The notes under the pieces: model-generated | Database searches by the model: none | What the model saw: only the letters and a program-made list of their open reading frames with translations | What the model was told of the DNA's origin: nothing | In this document: positions 13,441 to 25,564 of the stretch, in pieces | Layout of the letters: each line of letters begins with the position of its first letter | Numbering within the stretch: the stretch's first letter is position 1 | Assembly (NCBI GenBank): GCA_902528165.1 | Contig: CABZRL010000006.1 | Location: 26,346 to 90,345 of the forward strand | Source of the DNA: an uncultured Litorivicinus sp. | Lineage (GTDB): Bacteria; Pseudomonadota; Gammaproteobacteria; Pseudomonadales; Litorivicinaceae | DNA: 64,000 nucleotides | Reading direction: 5' to 3' | Translations under genes and position numbers: made by a program

Positions 13441-13476
13441 TTGACTGTCGCTTTGGGCGCGCCTAGAATCGCGCCC
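13441..13476 (+). promoter_or_regulatory. str operon sigma70 promoter
   Basis: TTGACT, 17 bp, TAGAAT, then CGCGCCC discriminator. Confidence 0.85.
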
Positions 13477-13506
13477 TATTTTTGCAATGGACTAGGGAGT
13501 TTGCCA

Positions 13507-13881
13507 ATGGCAACGATTAATCAGCTTGTTCGCAAGCCACGTAAGCGTAAGGTCGTCAAAACTGATGTCCCGGCGTTGCAGGCTTGCCCACAGCGTCGCG
13601 GTGTGTGTACTCGTGTGTATACAACCACACCAAAGAAGCCAAACTCAGCGCTTCGTAAGGTGTGCCGTGTACGTTTAACCAACGGATACGAAGTATCGTC
13701 ATACATCGGCGGTGAAGGTCACAACTTACAGGAACACTCAGTGGTCTTGATTCGTGGTGGTCGAGTGAAGGATTTGCCAGGTGTTCGATATCATACCGTT
13801 CGCGGTGCATTGGATACCGCGGGTGTGAACGATCGGAAACAAGGTCGTTCGAAGTATGGTGCGAAACGGCCAAAGGGCTAA
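13507..13881 (+). CDS. rpsL: 30S ribosomal protein S12
   Basis: [27 protein letters not shown]; ATG 13507. Confidence 0.99.
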   Translation: MATINQLVRKPRKRKVVKTDVPALQACPQRRGVCTRVYTTTPKKPNSALRKVCRVRLTNGYEVSSYIGGEGHNLQEHSVVLIRGGRVKDLPGVRYHTVRGALDTAGVNDRKQGRSKYGAKRPKG

Positions 13882-13920
13882 CTTAGTACCACGAATTCAT
13901 TAAACTGTAATCATTTATAC

Positions 13921-13991
13921 AGAGCATGGCTCGCCATGCTCAGTAAGGCCGGGCGAGAGTTCCGGAATGACCTGAAGAAAAGGAAAGTACA
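13921..13991 (+). promoter_or_regulatory. S7-binding rpsL-rpsG intercistronic leader
   Basis: Hairpin GAGCATGG-CTCG-CCATGCTC plus AGTAAGGCCGGGC...CCGG...CCTGAAG at the known S7 operator position. Confidence 0.6.
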
Positions 13992-14462
13992 ATGCCAAGA
14001 CGTCGCGTCCCCGTAAAACGTGAAACTTTGCCGGATCCAAAATTCGGCGATCAGTTGCTTGCTAAATTCATTAACCACGTCATGGAAAGTGGAAAGAAGT
14101 CCATTGCAGAATCCATCGTTTATGGCGCGCTTGATCGCGTGCAAGAAAAGAACGGTGGTGATCCACTCGAAGTGTTCAACCAAGCGCTTGAGAACATCGC
14201 GCCAATGGTCGAGGTGAAGTCACGCCGTGTGGGTGGTGCCACCTATCAGGTTCCGGTTGAAGTGCGTCCGAGTCGTCGGACAGCGCTGGCGATGCGTTGG
14301 TTGGTTGAATATGCCCGTAAACGTGGCGAGAAGTCGATGCAGGCTCGTCTAGCCGGTGAAATCCTTGATGCGATTGAGCAACGCGGTGCTGCGGTGAAGA
14401 AGCGTGAAGACGTTCATCGCATGGCTGAAGCGAATAAGGCGTTCTCGCACTTCCGTTTTTAA
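13992..14462 (+). CDS. rpsG: 30S ribosomal protein S7
   Basis: [19 protein letters not shown]. Confidence 0.99.
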   Translation: MPRRRVPVKRETLPDPKFGDQLLAKFINHVMESGKKSIAESIVYGALDRVQEKNGGDPLEVFNQALENIAPMVEVKSRRVGGATYQVPVEVRPSRRTALAMRWLVEYARKRGEKSMQARLAGEILDAIEQRGAAVKKREDVHRMAEANKAFSHFRF

Positions 14463-14502
14463 TTAAATGATGGCCGGATCGCCGGCCCTTTGGAGAGTAA
14501 CT

Positions 14503-16605
14503 GTGGCACGTACCACCCCAATTAACCGCTACCGCAATATCGGCATCTGCGCGCACGTTGATGCTGGTAAAACAACGACGACAGAGCGTGTTCTGTTTTA
14601 TACCGGTGTTAACCACAAGATTGGTGAGGTTCACGACGGCGCAGCCACCATGGACTGGATGGCTCAAGAGCAAGAGCGCGGAATTACCATCACCTCCGCT
14701 GCGACAACGACGTTCTGGCAAGGGATGGATCAGCAATATGACAAATACCGCGTCAACATCATTGATACCCCGGGTCACGTTGACTTCACGATTGAAGTTG
14801 AGCGTTCGATGCGTGTTCTTGATGGTGCAGTTGTTGTTTTCTGTGCAGCCTCAGGTGTTGAGCCGCAGTCAGAAACCGTCTGGCGTCAGGCAGATAAATA
14901 TGGTGTTCCACGGATTTGTTTCGTCAATAAGATGGATCGCGATGGTGCCGACTTTATTCGTGTGGTGAATCAGGTTCGTGATCGCTTAGGTGCGATTGCA
15001 GTGCCAATCCAGTGTGCGGTTGGTTCTGAGAAAGATTTCAAAGGCGTCGTTGATTTGGTGAAAAACAAATTCATCGCCTGGAATGAAGAGGACATGGGAA
15101 CGACCTTCACCTATGAAGAAATCCCAGCGGAAGTCGCGGATCAGGCAGCTTCACTTCGTGAAGAAATGATCGAGGCGGCCGCTGAAGCGAATGAAGAGTT
15201 GATGGACAAGTATCTTGAAGAAGGTGAGTTGACTGAATCGGAAATCAAAGCAGGTTTGCGTCAGCGCACGTTGGCTCGTGAAATCGTCCCTTGCCTGTGC
15301 GGTACTGCATTCAAGAACAAAGGTGTCCAGGCAATGTTGGATGCCGTGATTGATTACTTACCGGCGCCAGATGAAGTAGAAGCGATTCGTGGTCTCAAAG
15401 AAGATGAATCCGAAGATACGCGTCCAGCAAGCGATGAAGCGCCATTTGCTGCCTTGGCCTTTAAGATCGCAACAGACCCGTTTGTGGGTACGTTAACGTT
15501 TTTCCGGGTGTATTCGGGCATTCTGAATGGTGGCGATTCCGTTCTGAATTCTGTGAAAGGAAAGAAAGAGCGCGTCGGTCGTATGGTGCAGATGCACGCC
15601 AACACTCGCGAAGAAATCAAAGAAGTTCGTGCGGGTGATATTGCGGCAGCCGTTGGTTTGAAAGATGTCACAACCGGTGACACTTTGTGTGATCTCGCAA
15701 ACCCCATCATTTTGGAACGGATGGAGTTCCCGGAGCCTGTGATTTCATTATCGGTTGAGCCAAAGTCAAAGGCTGACCAAGAGAAGATGGGTATCGCACT
15801 TGGCAAGTTGGCTCAAGAAGATCCGTCATTCCGTGTGAAAACCGATGACGATACTGGCCAGACGATCATTTCCGGGATGGGTGAGTTACACCTCGATATT
15901 CTGGTTGATCGGATGCGTCGCGAATTCTCAGTCGAATGTAATGTTGGCGCACCTCAGGTGTCTTATCGTGAGTGTATCCGTAAGTCAGTCGAAGTTGAGG
16001 GTAAGTTTGTTCGTCAATCTGGTGGGCGTGGTCAATATGGCCATGTGTGCATAACGATCGATCCTTTGCCACTTGACGGTGAGACTAATTTCGAATTTGT
16101 GAACAAAATCGTTGGTGGTGTCGTTCCTAAGGAGTACATCCCGGCGGTCTCTAAAGGTATTGAGGAGCAGTTGGCGAATGGAGTTTTGGCGGGATTCCCG
16201 CTTTTAGGGGTTAGAGCCACTCTTTTCGATGGGTCTTTCCATGAAGTTGACTCAAACGAAATGGCTTTCAAGATTGCCGGCTCCATGGCTATGAAGAAAG
16301 GTGCGCTAGAGGCAAACCCTGCGTTACTCGAGCCTATGATGAAAGTTGAAGTCGTCACTCCAGAAGAAAATATGGGTGATGTGATTGGTGATCTTAACCG
16401 TCGTCGTGGCCTGGTCCAGGGCATGGATGACGGTGTGGGTGGTGTGAAACTTGTTCGTGCCGAAGTTCCGCTTGCGGAAATGTTTGGATACGCAACAGAC
16501 CTCCGTGGTTTCACACAGGGTCGCGCATCGTACAGCATGGAATTTGCGAAATACGCTGAAGCACCATCAAGCGTCGCAGAAGAAGTGATTAAGAAAAACA
16601 GCTAA
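14503..16605 (+). CDS. fusA: Elongation factor G
   Basis: [17 protein letters not shown]; GTG start after GGAGAG. Confidence 0.99.
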   Translation: MARTTPINRYRNIGICAHVDAGKTTTTERVLFYTGVNHKIGEVHDGAATMDWMAQEQERGITITSAATTTFWQGMDQQYDKYRVNIIDTPGHVDFTIEVERSMRVLDGAVVVFCAASGVEPQSETVWRQADKYGVPRICFVNKMDRDGADFIRVVNQVRDRLGAIAVPIQCAVGSEKDFKGVVDLVKNKFIAWNEEDMGTTFTYEEIPAEVADQAASLREEMIEAAAEANEELMDKYLEEGELTESEIKAGLRQRTLAREIVPCLCGTAFKNKGVQAMLDAVIDYLPAPDEVEAIRGLKEDESEDTRPASDEAPFAALAFKIATDPFVGTLTFFRVYSGILNGGDSVLNSVKGKKERVGRMVQMHANTREEIKEVRAGDIAAAVGLKDVTTGDTLCDLANPIILERMEFPEPVISLSVEPKSKADQEKMGIALGKLAQEDPSFRVKTDDDTGQTIISGMGELHLDILVDRMRREFSVECNVGAPQVSYRECIRKSVEVEGKFVRQSGGRGQYGHVCITIDPLPLDGETNFEFVNKIVGGVVPKEYIPAVSKGIEEQLANGVLAGFPLLGVRATLFDGSFHEVDSNEMAFKIAGSMAMKKGALEANPALLEPMMKVEVVTPEENMGDVIGDLNRRRGLVQGMDDGVGGVKLVRAEVPLAEMFGYATDLRGFTQGRASYSMEFAKYAEAPSSVAEEVIKKNS

Positions 16606-16627
16606 TTGAATATCGGAGTCCATAGAA

Positions 16628-17818
16628 ATGGCAAAAGAAAAGTTTGAGCGTAGTAAGCCGCACGTAAACGTAGGCACGATTGGTCACGTTGACCATGGTA
16701 AGACGACTTTGACAGCGGCGTTGACGCGTGTTGGAGCGGAGGTTTTTGGTGGTGAGACGAGAGCGTTTGACCAGATTGATAATGCTCCTGAAGAGCGTGC
16801 GCGAGGGATTACAATTTCGACATCGCACGTTGAGTATCAGTCGCATGAGCGTCATTACGCGCACGTAGATTGTCCGGGTCACGCGGATTATGTGAAGAAC
16901 ATGATTACGGGTGCGGCGCAGATGGACGGAGCGATTTTGGTGTGTTCTGCGGCTGATGGTCCGATGCCACAGACGCGTGAGCACATTTTGTTGTCTCGCC
17001 AGGTTGGTGTTCCTTACATTGTGGTGTTCTTAAACAAGGCGGACATGGTTGATGATCCTGAGTTGTTGGAACTGGTTGAGATGGAAGTTCGTGAGCTGTT
17101 GGATCAGTACGATTTTCCGGGTGACGACACGCCAATTATTGTGGGTTCTGCCCTGAAGGCATTGGAAGGTGATACGTCGGACATTGGTATGCCGGCGGTT
17201 CAGAAGTTGATTGAGACGTTGGACTCTTATATTCCTGAGCCTGAGCGAGCGATTGACCAAGCGTTTTTGATGCCGATTGAGGATGTGTTCTCGATTTCGG
17301 GTCGTGGAACGGTTGTGACGGGTCGTATTGAGCGCGGCATCATCAACGTTGGTGACGAGATTGAGATCGTTGGTATCAAGGATACGACGAAGACGACTTG
17401 TACGGGTGTTGAGATGTTCCGCAAGCTGCTTGACGAAGGTCGTGCGGGCGAGAACGTTGGTGTTCTTCTTCGTGGTACTAAGCGTGATGAAGTGGAGCGT
17501 GGTCAGGTCTTGGCGAAGCCAGGTTCGATCAATCCGCACACGAAGTTTGAGTGTGAAGTGTATGTGTTGTCGAAGGATGAAGGTGGCCGTCATACGCCGT
17601 TCTTCAAGGGCTATCGTCCGCAGTTTTACTTCCGTACGACGGATGTGACGGGTGCGTGTGAGCTTCCTTCGAGCACAGAGATGGTCATGCCAGGTGATAA
17701 CGTGAAGTTGTCGGTTGAGCTGATTTGTCCGATTGCGATGGAAGAAGGTCTGCGTTTTGCGATTCGTGAAGGTGGCCGTACTGTCGGCGCCGGCGTCGTC
17801 TCCAAAATCCTAGACTGA
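16628..17818 (+). CDS. tuf: Elongation factor Tu (str operon copy)
   Basis: Same 396-aa protein as 344-1534. Confidence 0.99.
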   Translation: MAKEKFERSKPHVNVGTIGHVDHGKTTLTAALTRVGAEVFGGETRAFDQIDNAPEERARGITISTSHVEYQSHERHYAHVDCPGHADYVKNMITGAAQMDGAILVCSAADGPMPQTREHILLSRQVGVPYIVVFLNKADMVDDPELLELVEMEVRELLDQYDFPGDDTPIIVGSALKALEGDTSDIGMPAVQKLIETLDSYIPEPERAIDQAFLMPIEDVFSISGRGTVVTGRIERGIINVGDEIEIVGIKDTTKTTCTGVEMFRKLLDEGRAGENVGVLLRGTKRDEVERGQVLAKPGSINPHTKFECEVYVLSKDEGGRHTPFFKGYRPQFYFRTTDVTGACELPSSTEMVMPGDNVKLSVELICPIAMEEGLRFAIREGGRTVGAGVVSKILD

Positions 17819-17843
17819 TTTGTCAAGGCAATTCGCCTAAAAG

Positions 17844-17874
17844 AAAGCCCCGCCTGGCCGGGGCTTTTTTATTT
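17844..17874 (+). terminator. Intrinsic terminator of str operon
   Basis: AAAGCCCCG-CCTGGC-CGGGGCTTT followed by TTTATTT. Confidence 0.9.
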
Positions 17875-17885
17875 CCGGGAAGCGG

Positions 17886-17922
17886 TTGACTCACCAGGGT
17901 CAGATGCATAAACTATCGCACC
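17886..17922 (+). promoter_or_regulatory. S10 operon sigma70 promoter
   Basis: TTGACT, 17 bp, TAAACT, then ATCGCACC. Confidence 0.8.
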
Positions 17923-17973
17923 TTGTTTTTGACTGTCCGCGTTTCGCGGGCAATTTTTGATTGGAGTAGCCAA

Positions 17974-18291
17974 GTGGCAGTACAGAATCAAAAAATTCGC
18001 ATTCGGCTGAAGGCTTTCGACCATCGCCTGATTGATTCATCGACTCAGGACATTGTTGAAACCGCCAAGCGTACCGGGGCACAAGTGCGTGGCCCGATTC
18101 CATTGCCGACGCGGATTGAGCGCTACACCGTTCTTGTTTCACCTCACGTGAACAAGGATGCGCGCGATCAGTACGAGATGCGTACGCACAAGCGCATGAT
18201 CGATATCGTTGAGCCTACCGACAAGACTGTCGACGCCTTGATGAAACTTGATCTGGCAGCGGGTGTTGATGTTCAGATCAGCTTAGGTTGA
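17974..18291 (+). CDS. rpsJ: 30S ribosomal protein S10
   Basis: [17 protein letters not shown]; GTG start after GGAG. Confidence 0.98.
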   Translation: MAVQNQKIRIRLKAFDHRLIDSSTQDIVETAKRTGAQVRGPIPLPTRIERYTVLVSPHVNKDARDQYEMRTHKRMIDIVEPTDKTVDALMKLDLAAGVDVQISLG

Positions 18292-18404
18292 TCAAAAGCA
18301 GGGGTGCACTAAATCCGCGCGCCCCGGTGACAAGCGGTCTGTTTGTATAACTTACTGTGGCCATAGCGGGTTTAGCCCCCTGTGCAGGCAGAGAGGAAGT
18401 CGAG

Positions 18405-19040
18405 ATGACAATTGGAGTTGTCGGTCGGAAGACCGGTATGACCCGAGTGTTCACTGAGGAAGGCGTGTCAGTTCCTGTCACTGTCGTTCAAGTTGAACCG
18501 AATCGGGTGAGTCAAGTAAAAACCGTTGAAACAGACGGTTATCAAGCCATCCAGGTGACCGTTGGTGATCGTCGTGCACAACATCGTGTAACGCAACCGA
18601 TCAAAGGTCATTTGTCCAAAGCAGAGATGCGCATGGGTCGTGGTCTTTGGGAATTCCGCGTGGAAGACCTTGGAGAGCTAGCGATTGGTGCAGAGATTTC
18701 TGTGAACCAGTTCGAAGCCGGTCAAATCGTTGACGTGACAGGTCAGTCGAAGGGTAAAGGATTTGCTGGTGCTGTGAAGCGCTGGAATTTCCGCACCCAA
18801 GACGCGACTCATGGTAACTCTCTGTCGCATCGTGCTCCAGGTTCTATCGGTAACTGCCAAACACCAGGTCGGGTCTTCAAAGGTAAGAAGATGGCTGGCC
18901 ACATGGGTGCAGAGCGCGTCACCGTTCAAGGTCTCGAAGTCGTCCGTATTGACGAAGAGAAAGGCCTGATCCTGGTTAAGGGTTCCGTTCCAGGTGCGAA
19001 CGGGACTGACGTCATCATCAAGCCGACAGCAAAGGCCTGA
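18405..19040 (+). CDS. rplC: 50S ribosomal protein L3
   Basis: [24 protein letters not shown]; ATG 18405. Confidence 0.99.
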   Translation: MTIGVVGRKTGMTRVFTEEGVSVPVTVVQVEPNRVSQVKTVETDGYQAIQVTVGDRRAQHRVTQPIKGHLSKAEMRMGRGLWEFRVEDLGELAIGAEISVNQFEAGQIVDVTGQSKGKGFAGAVKRWNFRTQDATHGNSLSHRAPGSIGNCQTPGRVFKGKKMAGHMGAERVTVQGLEVVRIDEEKGLILVKGSVPGANGTDVIIKPTAKA

Positions 19041-19051
19041 GGGAGTCGAAC

Positions 19052-19654
19052 ATGGAATTGAATCTAATAGCAGGCGGAACTGTCGAGGTCTCTGACCAGA
19101 CGTTCGGTCGCGAATTCAACGAGGCGCTGATCCACCAGGTGGTGACAGCATATCTCGCCGGTGCGCGCCAAGGTACGCGTGCGCAGAAAACGCGTTCTGA
19201 GGTATCAGGCGGCGGCCGCAAGCCTTGGCGTCAAAAAGGAACAGGTCGTGCCCGTGCGGGTACTACGCGTTCTCCGATTTGGCGTTCAGGTGGTGTGACC
19301 TTTGCTGCGAAGCCTCGGGACTTCTCGCAGAAAGTGAACAAGAAAATGTATCGCGCAGCGATGCAGAGCATTTGGAGCGAGCTGATCCGTCAAGGTCGTT
19401 TGGTCATCACTGATGATTTAGGCATCGATGCGCCAAAAACCAAAGCATTGGCTGCTAAGCTCAGCGCTTTGGAGTTATCGAATGTGTTGATCGTTGCTGG
19501 TGAAGTTTCAGATGCCTTATATCTGTCAGCACGGAATCTTCCACACGTGGATGTTCGCGATGCCGATGCTATTGACCCTGTGAGCCTCATTTCTTTCGAG
19601 AAAGTGTTGGTGACCGTCGACGCATTGAAGGCGATTGAGGAGCAATTGGCATGA
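19052..19654 (+). CDS. rplD: 50S ribosomal protein L4
   Basis: [14 protein letters not shown]. Confidence 0.99.
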   Translation: MELNLIAGGTVEVSDQTFGREFNEALIHQVVTAYLAGARQGTRAQKTRSEVSGGGRKPWRQKGTGRARAGTTRSPIWRSGGVTFAAKPRDFSQKVNKKMYRAAMQSIWSELIRQGRLVITDDLGIDAPKTKALAAKLSALELSNVLIVAGEVSDALYLSARNLPHVDVRDADAIDPVSLISFEKVLVTVDALKAIEEQLA

Positions 19655-19947
19655 ATCAGGAACGTATTTTTACTGCTCTGAAAGGACCTCACGTGTCCGA
19701 GAAGGCCACTGTCGTTGCCGATCAGAACAATCAGTACGTATTCAAGGTGGCCTCAGACGCGACTAAACCTGAGATCAAAGCAGCAGTCGAAGCTTTGTTC
19801 GAAGTGTCTGTGACTAAGGTCAATGTTGTAAACATCAAAGGAAAGACGAAGCGCACAGCGCGTGGCATGGGTAAGCGTAGCGATACGCGTAAAGCTTATG
19901 TAACGCTGGCTGATGGCCAAGAAATTTCCTTTGCAGCAGGCGAGTGA
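19651..19947 (+). CDS. rplW: 50S ribosomal protein L23
   Basis: PHVSEKA, KAYVTL; synteny. Confidence 0.98.
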   Translation: MNQERIFTALKGPHVSEKATVVADQNNQYVFKVASDATKPEIKAAVEALFEVSVTKVNVVNIKGKTKRTARGMGKRSDTRKAYVTLADGQEISFAAGE

Positions 19948-19957
19948 GACGGAAGTT

Positions 19958-20782
19958 ATGGCAATCGTAAAATGTAAACCAACGTCAGCCGGCCGTCGTC
20001 ACATGGTGAAAATTGTGGCGCCAGAGCTCCATAAAGGAGCGCCGCACGCGCCGCTGTTGGAAAAGAAATCGAAAACAGGTGGTCGAAACAATGATGGTCG
20101 GATTACGACTCGTCATATCGGTGGTGGTCATAAGCAACACTATCGTGTCATCGACTTTAAGCGGAATAAAGATGGCATTCCGGGCAAGATCGAGCGTTTG
20201 GAATATGATCCTAACCGTTCGGCTCACATTGCTTTAGTTCTCTACGCAGACGGCGAGCGCCGATACATTATTGCGCCAAAGGGACTGCAGGCTGGTGATC
20301 CGATTCGGTCTGGTGAAGATGCACCGATTAAGGTTGGTAGCTGCCTTCCGCTCCGGAATATCCCGGTCGGTTCTGTCATTCATTGCATTGAGTTGAGACC
20401 TGGAAAAGGTGCGCAAATAGCCCGTTCGGCTGGTGCGTCTGTCCAGTTGGTCGCTCGCGAAGGTCGTCATGCGACCCTCCGCTTACGTTCAGGTGAGATG
20501 CGCAAAGTCTTGTCGGAATGTCGAGCCACTCTGGGCGAAGTGTCGAATGGCGAGCATAGCCTGCGTCAGCTTGGTAAAGCCGGAGCGAAGCGCTGGAGAG
20601 GTGTTCGTCCTACGGTCCGTGGTGTTGTGATGAACCCGGTTGACCACCCGCATGGTGGTGGTGAAGGTCGTACGTCAGGGGGCCGTCATCCGGTATCACC
20701 TTGGGGTATGCCAACGAAGGGTTACAAGACTCGTAAGAACAAGCGTACCGATAAAATGATCGTACGCCGTCGCGGTAAGTAA
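19958..20782 (+). CDS. rplB: 50S ribosomal protein L2
   Basis: [13 protein letters not shown]; ATG 19958. Confidence 0.99.
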   Translation: MAIVKCKPTSAGRRHMVKIVAPELHKGAPHAPLLEKKSKTGGRNNDGRITTRHIGGGHKQHYRVIDFKRNKDGIPGKIERLEYDPNRSAHIALVLYADGERRYIIAPKGLQAGDPIRSGEDAPIKVGSCLPLRNIPVGSVIHCIELRPGKGAQIARSAGASVQLVAREGRHATLRLRSGEMRKVLSECRATLGEVSNGEHSLRQLGKAGAKRWRGVRPTVRGVVMNPVDHPHGGGEGRTSGGRHPVSPWGMPTKGYKTRKNKRTDKMIVRRRGK

Positions 20783-20794
20783 GGAGAGAGATTA

Positions 20795-21070
20795 ATGCCA
20801 CGTTCATTGAAAAAGGGCCCATTCGTCGATCTCCACCTTCTGAAGAAGGTCGAGGCGGCTTCTGAGGCAAATGATCGTCGTCCGATTAAGACTTGGTCGC
20901 GTCGCTCGATGATTGTTCCAAATATGGTGGGATTAACCATCGCTGTTCACAACGGGAAACAACATATTCCTGTTTTGATCAACGAAGACATGGTTGGTCA
21001 CAAGTTAGGTGAGTTCGCGGTGACGCGAAACTACCGTGGTCACGTTGCCGACAAAAAGTCGAAGCGTTAA
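20795..21070 (+). CDS. rpsS: 30S ribosomal protein S19
   Basis: [17 protein letters not shown]. Confidence 0.99.
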   Translation: MPRSLKKGPFVDLHLLKKVEAASEANDRRPIKTWSRRSMIVPNMVGLTIAVHNGKQHIPVLINEDMVGHKLGEFAVTRNYRGHVADKKSKR

Positions 21071-21085
21071 GGATTAGGTGTAGCC

Positions 21086-21421
21086 ATGAATGAAGTGCAA
21101 GCACGTTTAAAAGGCGCTCGACTTTCTGCTCAGAAGGCGCGCCTGGTCGCAGACCAGATTCGCGGGAAGCACGTTGAAGAGGCGCTCAATACGCTGAACT
21201 TCTCAACGAAGAAAGCGGCGCATATTGTCAAGAAAGTTCTTGAGAGTGCCATTGCGAACGCAGAACACAATGAAGGCGCTGACGTTGATGATCTGAAGGT
21301 CACAACAGTCTTCGTCGATGAGGGTATGACTATGAAGCGAATTCGCCCGCGTGCGAAGGGTCGCGCAGACCGGATATTTAAGCGGTCATGTCATATCACT
21401 GTCAAAGTCGGACAGGCCTGA
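21086..21421 (+). CDS. rplV: 50S ribosomal protein L22
   Basis: [16 protein letters not shown]. Confidence 0.99.
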   Translation: MNEVQARLKGARLSAQKARLVADQIRGKHVEEALNTLNFSTKKAAHIVKKVLESAIANAEHNEGADVDDLKVTTVFVDEGMTMKRIRPRAKGRADRIFKRSCHITVKVGQA

Positions 21422-21432
21422 GGAGGAACATT

Positions 21433-22116
21433 ATGGGTCAGAAAGTACACCCGAATGGCATCCGCCTCGGGATTACCAAGGATCACACGTCGATTTGGTA
21501 TGCCGAGCGTGGTGATTATGCAGATAAATTATTCGATGACATTAAGGTCCGTGAGTTCCTTGATGCGAAACTGAAGAATGCTCAGATTTCAAAGATCTTG
21601 ATCGAGCGTCCTGCGAAGAACGCACGTGTCACGTTGCAAACGGCGCGTCCAGGCATCGTGATCGGTAAGAAAGGCGAAGACGTGGAAGCGCTTCGCAAAG
21701 AACTGACACAGATGATGGGTATTCCAGTTCAGATCAACATCGAAGAGATCAGAAAGCCTGAGCTTGATGCGCATTTGGTTGCTCAGAATATCGCAGGCCA
21801 GTTGGAGCGTCGCGTGATGTTCCGTCGCGCGATGAAGCGGGCGGTTCAAAACGCTATGCGAGCTGGTGCTGAAGGGATTCGTGTTCAGGTTTCAGGTCGT
21901 TTGGGCGGTGCTGAAATCGCGCGGACAGAGTGGTATCGCGAAGGTCGCGTTCCACTGCACACATTGCGTGCAGATATCGACTACTCGACGTATGAGGCGC
22001 ACACCACATATGGCGTGATCGGTATCAAAGCGTGGATCTTCAAAGGTGAGATCCTTGGTGGAATTGAAGCAGTTCGTGCTAGCCGTGAACAGGCTCGCGC
22101 GAAAGCTGCTCGCTAA
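21433..22116 (+). CDS. rpsC: 30S ribosomal protein S3
   Basis: [26 protein letters not shown]; ATG after AGGAGG. Confidence 0.99.
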   Translation: MGQKVHPNGIRLGITKDHTSIWYAERGDYADKLFDDIKVREFLDAKLKNAQISKILIERPAKNARVTLQTARPGIVIGKKGEDVEALRKELTQMMGIPVQINIEEIRKPELDAHLVAQNIAGQLERRVMFRRAMKRAVQNAMRAGAEGIRVQVSGRLGGAEIARTEWYREGRVPLHTLRADIDYSTYEAHTTYGVIGIKAWIFKGEILGGIEAVRASREQARAKAAR

Positions 22117-22128
22117 GGGGAGAAGTCG

Positions 22129-22542
22129 ATGCTGCAACCGAAACGGATGAAATTCCGCAAAATGCAAAAAGGCCGGAATCGTGGCCTAGCAGAGCGCGGC
22201 TCCAAAGTAAGCTTTGGTGAATTCGCTCTAAAAGCGACCGGTCGTGGTCGCATGACGGCGCGTCAGATTGAGGCAGCCCGTCGAACCATTACTCGTCGCG
22301 TGAAACGTGGCGGTAAGTTATGGATTCGGGTTTTCCCTGATAAGCCAATTACCCAGAAGCCTTTGGAAGTGCGTCAGGGTAAAGGTAAAGGCTCTGTTGA
22401 ATACTGGGTATGCCAGATTCAGCCAGGTCGTGTTTTATATGAAATTGAAGGTGTGTCTGAAGAAGTGGCGCGCGAAGCATTTACGCTTGCGGCATCGAAG
22501 CTTCCATTCAAAACCACCTTCGTTAGTCGGACGGTAATGTAA
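22129..22542 (+). CDS. rplP: 50S ribosomal protein L16
   Basis: [21 protein letters not shown]. Confidence 0.99.
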   Translation: MLQPKRMKFRKMQKGRNRGLAERGSKVSFGEFALKATGRGRMTARQIEAARRTITRRVKRGGKLWIRVFPDKPITQKPLEVRQGKGKGSVEYWVCQIQPGRVLYEIEGVSEEVAREAFTLAASKLPFKTTFVSRTVM

Positions 22543-22736
22543 TGAAAGCATCAGAGTTACGTGAAAAAAACGTTGCTGAGCTGAAAGAAGAGCTGCTTAC
22601 GCTACGTCGTGAACAGTTCAATCTGAATATGGCAAAAGCCACAGGTCAGCTGGCTCAGACACACTTGTTGGGTCAGGTCCGTCGTGACATCGCGCGCATC
22701 AAGACAGTGATCGCGCAGAAGGAGGTAGCGGCATGA
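22542..22736 (+). CDS. rpmC: 50S ribosomal protein L29
   Basis: [17 protein letters not shown]. Confidence 0.98.
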   Translation: MKASELREKNVAELKEELLTLRREQFNLNMAKATGQLAQTHLLGQVRRDIARIKTVIAQKEVAA

Positions 22737-22999
22737 CCGAAGCAACAACAATAGTTCGGACACTGAGCGGAAAGGTTGTCTCAAATAAAGGCTACAAAAC
22801 CATCAGCGTATTGGTAGAGCGTTTTGAGAAGCACCCGTTGTACGGTAAGTACGTGAAGCGCTCCTCAAAGATTGCTGCTCATGATGAGAACAACGAGTGC
22901 CAGATTGGTGACACAGTCACGATTTCTGAGTGTCGTCCGCTTTCGAAGTCGAAAGCGTACCGTCTCGTTGAAATCACTGAGCGTGCTGTTCAGGTTTAA
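22733..22999 (+). CDS. rpsQ: 30S ribosomal protein S17
   Basis: [20 protein letters not shown]. Confidence 0.98.
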   Translation: MTEATTIVRTLSGKVVSNKGYKTISVLVERFEKHPLYGKYVKRSSKIAAHDENNECQIGDTVTISECRPLSKSKAYRLVEITERAVQV

Positions 23000-23011
23000 C
23001 GGAGGGGAATC

Positions 23012-23380
23012 ATGATTCAAGCAGAAAGTATGCTTGAGGTAGCTGACAACTCAGGTGCGCGTCGTGTGATGTGTATCAAAGTGCTCGGCGGCTCAAAGCG
23101 TCGCTATGCCCGGATCGGCGACATTATTAAGGTCACCGTGAAAGAAGCGATTCCTCGCGGCAAAGTGAAGAAAGGTCAGGTCATGAACGCAGTTGTCGTT
23201 CGGACTCGCAGTGGCGTTCGTCGTCAAGACGGTTCATTGATTAAATTCGATGGTAACGCGGCGGTTCTTTTGAACACCAACCTAGCGCCAATTGGGACTC
23301 GTATTTTCGGGCCAGTCACGCGTGAACTGCGAAGTGAGAAGTTTATGAAAATCATCTCACTTGCGCCTGAAGTGTTGTAA
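23012..23380 (+). CDS. rplN: 50S ribosomal protein L14
   Basis: [22 protein letters not shown]. Confidence 0.99.
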   Translation: MIQAESMLEVADNSGARRVMCIKVLGGSKRRYARIGDIIKVTVKEAIPRGKVKKGQVMNAVVVRTRSGVRRQDGSLIKFDGNAAVLLNTNLAPIGTRIFGPVTRELRSEKFMKIISLAPEVL

Positions 23381-23391
23381 GGGGCAGATCG

Positions 23392-23712
23392 ATGGCAGCA
23401 AAAATTCGTCGTGACGATGAAGTCGTCGTAATCGCGGGTAAAGACAAAGGACGCCGCGGCAAAGTATTGCAGGTGCGTCCAGATAACCGCGTGTTGGTGT
23501 CAGGTGTCAACCTGATCAAAAAGCATATGAAACCAAACCCAATGCTTGGCAAGCAGGGCGGCATTGTTGAGAAAGAAGCTCCGCTTCATATCTCAAACGT
23601 AGCGCTGTTTAACCCTGAAAATAACAAAGCAGAACGCGTTGGTTTTCGTGTAAACGAGGACGGCACCAAAGTACGGGTGTTCAAGTCCACTGGTAAGGAA
23701 GTCGGGGCGTAA
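23392..23712 (+). CDS. rplX: 50S ribosomal protein L24
   Basis: [17 protein letters not shown]. Confidence 0.99.
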   Translation: MAAKIRRDDEVVVIAGKDKGRRGKVLQVRPDNRVLVSGVNLIKKHMKPNPMLGKQGGIVEKEAPLHISNVALFNPENNKAERVGFRVNEDGTKVRVFKSTGKEVGA

Positions 23713-23742
23713 GCCTCTGCGCCTAGGAGCGAGAAAGAAGCC

Positions 23743-24282
23743 ATGGCGAGACTACAGCAAGTCTTCAAAGAAAAAGTCGTACCGGAGCTCTTGAAAGAGT
23801 TCGCGTACAAAAATGCGATGCAAGTGCCGCGCGTCAAGAAAATCACTCTCAATATGGGTGTTGGCGAGGCAGTTGCGGATAAGAAGCAGATCGAAAACGC
23901 AGTACGGGACATGACGGCGATCGCCGGACAGAAGCCTGTGGTGACCAAGGCACGCAAGTCGATTGCGGGCTTTAAGATCCGTGACGGTTGGCCAATTGGC
24001 TGCAAGGTCACCTTGCGTGGTGAGCACATGTGGGAATTCTTGGATCGTCTGATCGCGATCTCAATCCCACGGATTCGTGATTTCCGCGGATTGAACGGTA
24101 AGTCGTTTGACGGTCGTGGGAACTACTCGATGGGTGTGCGCGAGCAGATCATGTTCCCTGAAATCGATTATGACAAAGTGGATGCGATCCGTGGACTGGA
24201 CATCACCATCACCACATCGGCTGACACTGATGAGGAAGGTAAAGCGCTTTTGAAGGCGTTCAACTTCCCATTCCGTAACTGA
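23743..24282 (+). CDS. rplE: 50S ribosomal protein L5
   Basis: [15 protein letters not shown]. Confidence 0.99.
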   Translation: MARLQQVFKEKVVPELLKEFAYKNAMQVPRVKKITLNMGVGEAVADKKQIENAVRDMTAIAGQKPVVTKARKSIAGFKIRDGWPIGCKVTLRGEHMWEFLDRLIAISIPRIRDFRGLNGKSFDGRGNYSMGVREQIMFPEIDYDKVDAIRGLDITITTSADTDEEGKALLKAFNFPFRN

Positions 24283-24292
24283 GGAGCGTTAG

Positions 24293-24598
24293 GTGGCTAA
24301 GAAATCAATGAAAGAACGTGAACTGAAACGTCAAAAGACTGTTGCTCGGTTCGCAGCAAAGCGTAAGGAATTGAAAGCGACAATCGCCAATCCAAACGCA
24401 ACAGATGAAGAAGTGTGGGACGCGCAGCAGAAGCTGCAAAAGATGCCACGTGACGCCTCTGCAGTGCGTTTACAGCGTCGGTGTCGTGTGACTGGTCGTC
24501 CACACGCGGTCTACCGTAAGTTTGGCCTGTCCCGGATTAAGCTGCGCGAAACGATGATGCGCGGTGAAGTTCCCGGTCTGAAAAAGGCCAGCTGGTAA
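24293..24598 (+). CDS. rpsN: 30S ribosomal protein S14 (101-aa Zn-independent type)
   Basis: [20 protein letters not shown]; GTG start. Confidence 0.98.
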   Translation: MAKKSMKERELKRQKTVARFAAKRKELKATIANPNATDEEVWDAQQKLQKMPRDASAVRLQRRCRVTGRPHAVYRKFGLSRIKLRETMMRGEVPGLKKASW

Positions 24599-24613
24599 GG
24601 AGTGATTTAGAAA

Positions 24614-25009
24614 ATGAGCATGCAAGATACTTTGGCGGATATGTTCACTCGCATCCGCAACGGGCAGATGGCAGGTAAAACTGCGGTCTCTATGCCTTCT
24701 TCAAAACAGAAGGTTGCACTTGCCCGGGTACTCGCTGACGAAGGATTTTTAGGTGGATACAACGTTGATGACGCAGGTGTGAAGTCAACGTTGACAGTTG
24801 ATCTTCGGTATCACGAAGGTCGTCCAGTGATCCGTGAAATTAAACGTTCAAGTCGTCCAGGTTTGCGTCGGTATGAAGGGAAGGAGACCTTGCCAAAAGT
24901 ACAAGGTGGTCTCGGGATTGCCATCATCTCGACGTCGAAAGGTTTGATGACTGACCGCGAAGCACGCAAAGCCGGTATCGGTGGCGAAGTGCTCTGCACA
25001 GTATTCTAA
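24614..25009 (+). CDS. rpsH: 30S ribosomal protein S8
   Basis: [27 protein letters not shown]. Confidence 0.99.
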   Translation: MSMQDTLADMFTRIRNGQMAGKTAVSMPSSKQKVALARVLADEGFLGGYNVDDAGVKSTLTVDLRYHEGRPVIREIKRSSRPGLRRYEGKETLPKVQGGLGIAIISTSKGLMTDREARKAGIGGEVLCTVF

Positions 25010-25019
25010 GGAGTTATTG

Positions 25020-25553
25020 ATGTCTCGTATTGCAAAAGCTCCGATCGAATTGCCATCGGGTGTTGATGTCAACATTGCTGGCCAGGATGTCACTGTCAAA
25101 GGAAAGAACGGCACGTTGTCAATTTCCTTAAACGATGCAGTGGCTGTGAATCAAGCGGATAACGTATTGACGTTTGAGCCGCGCGAAGGCGCTGCAGATG
25201 GTTGGGCGCAAGCTGGTACAGCTCGTGCAATCGTCAATAACATGGTCACGGGTGTCGCCGATGGCTTCGAAAAGAAGTTGACTCTCATCGGCGTCGGTTA
25301 TCGTGCCCAGGTTCAAGGGTCTGCGATAAACTTGACTCTTGGTTTCTCACATCCTGTGGTTCATAACCTGCCACAAGGTGTGACTGCAGAAACACCAAGT
25401 CAGACTGAAATCGTGCTGAAGTCAGCCGATAAGCAGTTGCTTGGTCAGGTCGCTGCAGAAATCCGCGCATACCGCCCACCAGAGCCCTACAAAGGCAAGG
25501 GTGTGCGTTACTCAGATGAGTATGTGCGTCGTAAAGAAGCGAAGAAGAAGTAA
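25020..25553 (+). CDS. rplF: 50S ribosomal protein L6
   Basis: [21 protein letters not shown]; ATG 25020. Confidence 0.99.
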   Translation: MSRIAKAPIELPSGVDVNIAGQDVTVKGKNGTLSISLNDAVAVNQADNVLTFEPREGAADGWAQAGTARAIVNNMVTGVADGFEKKLTLIGVGYRAQVQGSAINLTLGFSHPVVHNLPQGVTAETPSQTEIVLKSADKQLLGQVAAEIRAYRPPEPYKGKGVRYSDEYVRRKEAKKK

Positions 25554-25564
25554 GGAGAGCCGAC

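Larger units (their letters stand above)
344..17818 (+). repeat. 1191-bp direct repeat (tuf copies at 344-1534 and 16628-17818)
   Basis: Identical proteins; off-frame and antisense ORFs also identical at a constant offset of 16284 bp. Confidence 0.93.

Noticed and set aside
5099-13881. Resistance alleles in rpoB or rpsL
   Set aside because: The rifampicin cluster ([23 protein letters not shown]) and the S12 lysines (PKKPN, RVKD) look wild type.
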